A DNA stretch of 64,000 nt from a virus, in the IMG/VR virus record IMGVR_UViG_3300045988_131721, positions 32,001 to 96,000 of that record; one strand, given 5' to 3'. The position numbers and the translations under genes were made by a program. The notes below the pieces were generated by a model. The model worked only from the letters and a program-made list of their open reading frames with translations. It did not search any database and was not told the DNA's origin. Shown here piece after piece: positions 59,780 through 64,000 of this stretch (positions are counted from its first letter, which is position 1; every line of letters begins with the position of its first letter).

Positions 59780-61561
59780 TTACAAATTCTCTAAAAATTT
59801 CAAAATTTTCGGAGCTATTAGTTCTTGATGTGCTAAAGAGTTTGGATGAGTTTGGTCGTGAAAATATTTATCGGTGAAAGTTTTATTCCACACAAAAAGT
59901 CCACTTTCTCCATTTAAATCATAAACTTTTATAGAAAATCTCTTACCTATTTTTATCATTTCATCTGCAATTTTTCTAATATTATTATCATAATCATATC
60001 TATAAGTAGTGTTTGTTGGAGTTATAAGTGCTATCTTTGCGAATGGAAACTTTTTAGTTAGTTGTTCACAACAATAATGAATTGCCCCACAGACAGTATC
60101 TTTTGTAGTGTCACCACATTGACCTATACTAAAACTTCCACTATCATTTATACCTGCTAAAATTGTAATATAATCATATCCTTCATTTCCTGTCAAAGTG
60201 TCTATTCTATCACATATATTTTCACTTGCATTGTAAGTTTTTATAAATCCAGTACCAGCTTTTGCTTTATCAATAACGATTATCCCAGTTTCATCAGCAA
60301 TATAACTATGATACTTCCTTACACCCTCGCTCGAACTATCGCTTGTACTATCTCCTATTACGCACCACTTTTTGCCCTTTAATTTATTATCTACTCTTTT
60401 TAATTGTTCGGAAATATTTTTAGCATACTTTTCAGTTGAAAAATTTATACTTCCTTCTAAAGAATAAGAAACATATGATGTCGGTAATGTTCTACTCATT
60501 ATCATATAAGTATCTTTTAAATTCATGTTTAAAGACATTCTTAAAAATTTTGCTCTAGAAGGAGCAACCGCATTAGTAGTCCCGTATTCCTTTAATGAAA
60601 TATATTCTTTATTAGCATCGTACCATGCACCATTCCAATTATTTGTAAAGTAATAAGTTTTTCCACTCTCTACAGGAATGAAATCACTTATACAACCAAC
60701 ATCACTAGCTACAGGAGCACCATTAGTTTCAATTATATAATTATCGGTTGTTTTAGTTTTATCAAATAAGTTGTTATCATCTTCAATTTTCAGAAATGTT
60801 GTTTTATTCGGTGTAATATTATTATTTATAGTGTCTTTAATTTTTTCACTAAATTTAGTTGTAAACTCAATACTATATTCGCCAAAACCAACATAATTTT
60901 GTGGTAATACATTCCCTTCAACAAGCATTACTGTATCTATATTAAGCATATTAATATTTTGTCTATAAAATTTTGCATTTGCAGGTGATGTAAAAGTTGA
61001 TTCACCGTAAGGTTTATCTGATATATAAGTCTTTCCACTATCGAACCAAGCTCCACTCCAATTGCTAGAATAAGTATAAATTGTATTGCCTTTTACTGGT
61101 ATATAGTCGCTAATACAACCATTTGTATTTTCAACTAATTTATTTTTTTCTAAAATATAACCTTGATTTGAAATAGAATTTTTATTAAAAAGATTCATAA
61201 TTGATTTTTTAATAAATGTTAAATTGTTATAATCAACACAATCATTCATTAGTTTATCTTTTGAGATTGTATTATCTCCAACTATGGCATTTATGGACGC
61301 ATTACCGGCGATTTGTTGTAAAAATTCATCTGTCATATAAGTTTGGTCAAATTTGCCTAAATTCTTGTTAATTTGATATATTGAAATATCAGTTGTATTT
61401 TTATCAAGCTTTTCATTCGCAATATCTTTACATTGTGAATTTACCCCATCTAAATTTTCTCTTAATGTTTTACCATCTTCACATAATACATTATCATCAG
61501 TACTCCAAAACGAAACAATATTTCCATTCTCATCACTATATTTATTCTTCATATACTTCAT
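59780..61561 (-). CDS. Tail protein with duplicated carbohydrate-binding-like modules and C-terminal SGNH/GDSL esterase
   Basis: CVIGDSTSD (GDS block), ILAGINDS, DQTHPN (DxxH). Internal repeat GCISD(Y/F)IPV...NW(S/N)GAW(F/Y)D..K.YIS. Confidence 0.65.
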   Translation of the reverse strand: MKYMKNKYSDENGNIVSFWSTDDNVLCEDGKTLRENLDGVNSQCKDIANEKLDKNTTDISIYQINKNLGKFDQTYMTDEFLQQIAGNASINAIVGDNTISKDKLMNDCVDYNNLTFIKKSIMNLFNKNSISNQGYILEKNKLVENTNGCISDYIPVKGNTIYTYSSNWSGAWFDSGKTYISDKPYGESTFTSPANAKFYRQNINMLNIDTVMLVEGNVLPQNYVGFGEYSIEFTTKFSEKIKDTINNNITPNKTTFLKIEDDNNLFDKTKTTDNYIIETNGAPVASDVGCISDFIPVESGKTYYFTNNWNGAWYDANKEYISLKEYGTTNAVAPSRAKFLRMSLNMNLKDTYMIMSRTLPTSYVSYSLEGSINFSTEKYAKNISEQLKRVDNKLKGKKWCVIGDSTSDSSSEGVRKYHSYIADETGIIVIDKAKAGTGFIKTYNASENICDRIDTLTGNEGYDYITILAGINDSGSFSIGQCGDTTKDTVCGAIHYCCEQLTKKFPFAKIALITPTNTTYRYDYDNNIRKIADEMIKIGKRFSIKVYDLNGESGLFVWNKTFTDKYFHDQTHPNSLAHQELIAPKILKFLENL

Positions 61562-61575
61562 TACTTCATACCTCC

Positions 61576-62817
61576 CTAATTTATATAACCCTCTTCAGAA
61601 GAAATTTTATTAAAAGGAATTTTTGTGATAGTTCCCGTTGTTCCTCCCGATGTGTCACCTTTAATCACAGGCACATTTTCATCATGTATTAAAGTATCTC
61701 CATACCAAACTTCATTTAAATAACTTAATTTTATTTGACATAATACATCTTTTTTTAATATTGGTTGAGTTCTCCATGCTATACTTGGAAATATTAGAAT
61801 TAAATTATCCACTGTCGGTCTAATAAATAAATTTAATTCCACAAATTCATCCATTTCTGGTAACACAATAGTTGATAATGTTTCTGTTTTTAAATATTGA
61901 TATTTATCACCTGTTAAATTTAATTTATCTTCATCATCGGTAATAACTACATTTAAATAATCTACTATTTGTTCTTTTTTATTTTTTATTTTATTGAATT
62001 TATATAATTTGAAATAATCTTCATTAAAACAACATAAACCATATGTATAAGTATCTGTATTACTTGTTATATATGTATAATTTCTATTACCATCTAAATA
62101 TATTATTTCAGTACTAGAATTAAAATCTTTTGCCCAACCCTTTAATATATAAGAACCTTTACTTAATTCTGATATTATTATAGGTGTATCTTCTGTACCC
62201 TTTTTAATTGTATAGCCTTTACTTTCTTCTAATTCTATTAATTTTGTTTTATGTTGTAATATTTCATCTCTGATTTCGCTAGTTGCTTGTTCTAATTTAT
62301 TCAATTTAGAATCGGTAATTACATCTCCAGATATCCAAATAGTTCTATTATAAGACCCATCGTCATTGAAAGTTTTTAATTCTTTTCCATATTTAGCAAC
62401 TTTTGTGTTATCTATTGCTGTTCCGTCAACTGTTCCATAAGATAAATCGTCGTCATCCACTTCACATTCTTCAACCGACATTATAAAATAAGGTAGCTTT
62501 ATTCTTCCACCTTTATCATCATAAATTCTAATATGAACATGATAATTTCCTATTTCGTCAATTTGATTCATTATTTCATTATTGATTGTAAATAATATTT
62601 TATTATCTATAATAGGTACTATATCTGATTTTATTTGTTTTTTTAGAGGGCTAACTAATACTATATCAGATAACAAATAATTAGAACTTAAATCTAAATA
62701 ATCAGTATCCATTAATTTAAAATATATGTCTACGCCTTTATCGTGTTGAAATATTGACAACTGACGATTTAAAATACTCTTTTGTTTATTGATAATTATT
62801 GAATATTCTTTTTTCAA
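61576..62817 (-). CDS. Baseplate/tail fibre protein (BppU-N-like N-terminus)
   Basis: TTG start after AAAGGAGG. The N-terminus SIIINKQKSILNRQLSIFQHDKGVDIYFKL parallels that of 55150-57429. Confidence 0.45.
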   Translation of the reverse strand: MKKEYSIIINKQKSILNRQLSIFQHDKGVDIYFKLMDTDYLDLSSNYLLSDIVLVSPLKKQIKSDIVPIIDNKILFTINNEIMNQIDEIGNYHVHIRIYDDKGGRIKLPYFIMSVEECEVDDDDLSYGTVDGTAIDNTKVAKYGKELKTFNDDGSYNRTIWISGDVITDSKLNKLEQATSEIRDEILQHKTKLIELEESKGYTIKKGTEDTPIIISELSKGSYILKGWAKDFNSSTEIIYLDGNRNYTYITSNTDTYTYGLCCFNEDYFKLYKFNKIKNKKEQIVDYLNVVITDDEDKLNLTGDKYQYLKTETLSTIVLPEMDEFVELNLFIRPTVDNLILIFPSIAWRTQPILKKDVLCQIKLSYLNEVWYGDTLIHDENVPVIKGDTSGGTTGTITKIPFNKISSEEGYIN

Positions 62818-62840
62818 AATTTTATACCTCCTTTTAATTA

Positions 62841-63086
62841 TTAAATATCTACTTCTAAATCATATTTAATCCAATTTATAAAATTTGATACATCCTCAAT
62901 ACCATATCCTTGTTCTAATGAATTTTCAGATAAAAATTCTTCCCTAATTAATCTACTTAGAAATAATCTAAATTCATCCTCTGATAAATTTAATAAATAT
63001 TTTTTAATATCTTCTTTTGAATGATTTATTCCACTATCTGTTGCTCCAGTATCATAAGCAAATTTTTCTAATATTTTATCTTTCAT
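62841..63086 (-). CDS. Hypothetical small protein
   Basis: 81-aa ORF with RBS GGAAGGAG. Confidence 0.5.
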   Translation of the reverse strand: MKDKILEKFAYDTGATDSGINHSKEDIKKYLLNLSEDEFRLFLSRLIREEFLSENSLEQGYGIEDVSNFINWIKYDLEVDI

Positions 63087-63101
63087 AATATAATCTCCTT
63101 C

Positions 63102-64000
63102 CTAAACATTTGTATTATTTTCAAGAGCATCTAATCTTGATTCTATGTTAGATAATCTTGAATTTATATTTCCTATTTTAGAATTTAAATCATTAACTTG
63201 ATTTTGAACTTCTAAGATTTTATCATTTAATCTTTTTTCAATTTGTTGTAAATTAACTTCACTTGTTGCTGAATTAATTAAATTTATACAGTTTAACATT
63301 TGTGAATTTAATTTATTTCTAGCTTCCCTATATAATGCTAATCTTATATTGAATTCTTTTCTCTCGTCTTTATTAAAAATTAAATCTTTCATATCTACTC
63401 GTATTGAATTAATGAAATTTGTATGTTTTGCTTTAAAATCATCAAAATATTCTTTTAATAGTTGTTTATTATTATCTCCTAATTTTTCATTATTATAGTA
63501 AGATTGATAACTAGCTTCTATTTTAGAAACATAATTAACCATTCCATTTGCTAAAGCGTCCAATGAATTATATTGTGCTACCGTTAATTTCCCATCCGTA
63601 TTCAACAATGACTTAGTTATAGGCAACATATCATTTGAGTACTTTTGATTTGCATCAAAGTATCCTTGAATAGTTTGTTGTTCTTTAGCAAATGAATTAA
63701 TTAGTGAAGCTTGTAATTCATTCATATTGTTAGATAAATCGTCTATTCTAGTATTTGTATTATAAACTTCATCTGATATAGTACTTGAAGCTCCTAATGT
63801 TTTTTCGCCTTCTGTAGAAATGGATAGAGTTGTACTACATGAATCTTTAAAAGAAGATAATGTTATCAATATCGTAGTTATATTAGATGTTATAGACGAA
63901 ATATCTACTAATGTTATATTTTCTCTATCATCTTCTGTGACGATTTTAATTTCTACAATTAAATCAGCCAGCATTTTTTGCAAAGATAGTTGATATTCTA
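63102..64000 (-). CDS. Coiled-coil tail structural protein (probably partial; frame stays open to the window edge)
   Basis: The frame has no stop between 63983 and 64000. The C-terminus has heptad repeats (LNDKILEVQNQVNDLNSKIGNINSRLSNIESRLDALE). Confidence 0.5.
   Translation of the reverse strand, partial: EYQLSLQKMLADLIVEIKIVTEDDRENITLVDISSITSNITTILITLSSFKDSCSTTLSISTEGEKTLGASSTISDEVYNTNTRIDDLSNNMNELQASLINSFAKEQQTIQGYFDANQKYSNDMLPITKSLLNTDGKLTVAQYNSLDALANGMVNYVSKIEASYQSYYNNEKLGDNNKQLLKEYFDDFKAKHTNFINSIRVDMKDLIFNKDERKEFNIRLALYREARNKLNSQMLNCINLINSATSEVNLQQIEKRLNDKILEVQNQVNDLNSKIGNINSRLSNIESRLDALENNTNV

Noticed and set aside
52760-61692. Plus-strand ORFs inside the minus-strand late arm: 52760-53047, 53539-53904, 55571-55879, 58367-58567, 59379-59564 and 61381-61692.
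   Set aside because: They are antisense to well-supported lysis and tail genes, have no RBS and have low-complexity translations.
1-64000. tRNA, rRNA, tmRNA genes, integrase/attP and toxin-antitoxin pairs.
   Set aside because: No cloverleaf-compatible GC-rich segments stand out in the few non-coding stretches (27560-27810, 32100-32260, 32600-32900, 41465-41795, 52000-52135, 53750-54000, 59612-59779). No tyrosine or serine recombinase motifs were seen. A tRNAscan or Infernal run would be needed to be certain.

Overview
Very AT-rich (about three quarters A+T by eye) double-stranded DNA phage or phage-plasmid sequence, probably from an anaerobic low-GC host. The host inference rests on anaerobic NrdD/NrdG, ThyX and AGGAGGTGAT-type ribosome-binding sites. 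Bases 1-52000 form one plus-strand arm of tightly packed early, replication, recombination and nucleotide-metabolism genes: ParM/ParR-like partition pair, ATP-dependent DNA ligase, DNA methyltransferases, Rha and BRO regulators, ClpP-like protease, MBL/beta-CASP nuclease, SSB-like protein, Sak4-like ATPase, DHH phosphoesterase, AAA+ ATPase, GH13 glycosidase, DnaB-like helicase, TOPRIM primase, Cas4-like nuclease, family-B DNA polymerase, ThyX, a DndB-like DGQHR protein, a Rep-like protein, NrdD/NrdG, RecU and dUTPase. Bases 52136-64000 form a converging minus-strand arm with a lysis cassette (amidase endolysin, holin) and tail, baseplate and receptor-binding genes. Four features stand out. (1) Eight paralogous copies of a free-standing AP2-domain, HNH-like homing-endonuclease-like gene, plus a second family with zinc-ribbon repeats and a Vsr-like nuclease domain. 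(2) Two families of repeated promoter cassettes that share one leader but differ in the -35 region; the 12-copy class has an invariant CATAGGTAATTTT box and is often followed by ATG-stop mini-ORFs. (3) A 13-nt gene-junction motif, AATAATTAATAAA, present about 30 times. (4) Plasmid-style maintenance parts: the ParM/ParR-like pair, and a ParB-fold protein, Rep-like protein and iteron-like repeats. All domain calls come from motifs read by eye; no database search was possible. I found no tRNA, rRNA, CRISPR array or integrase.
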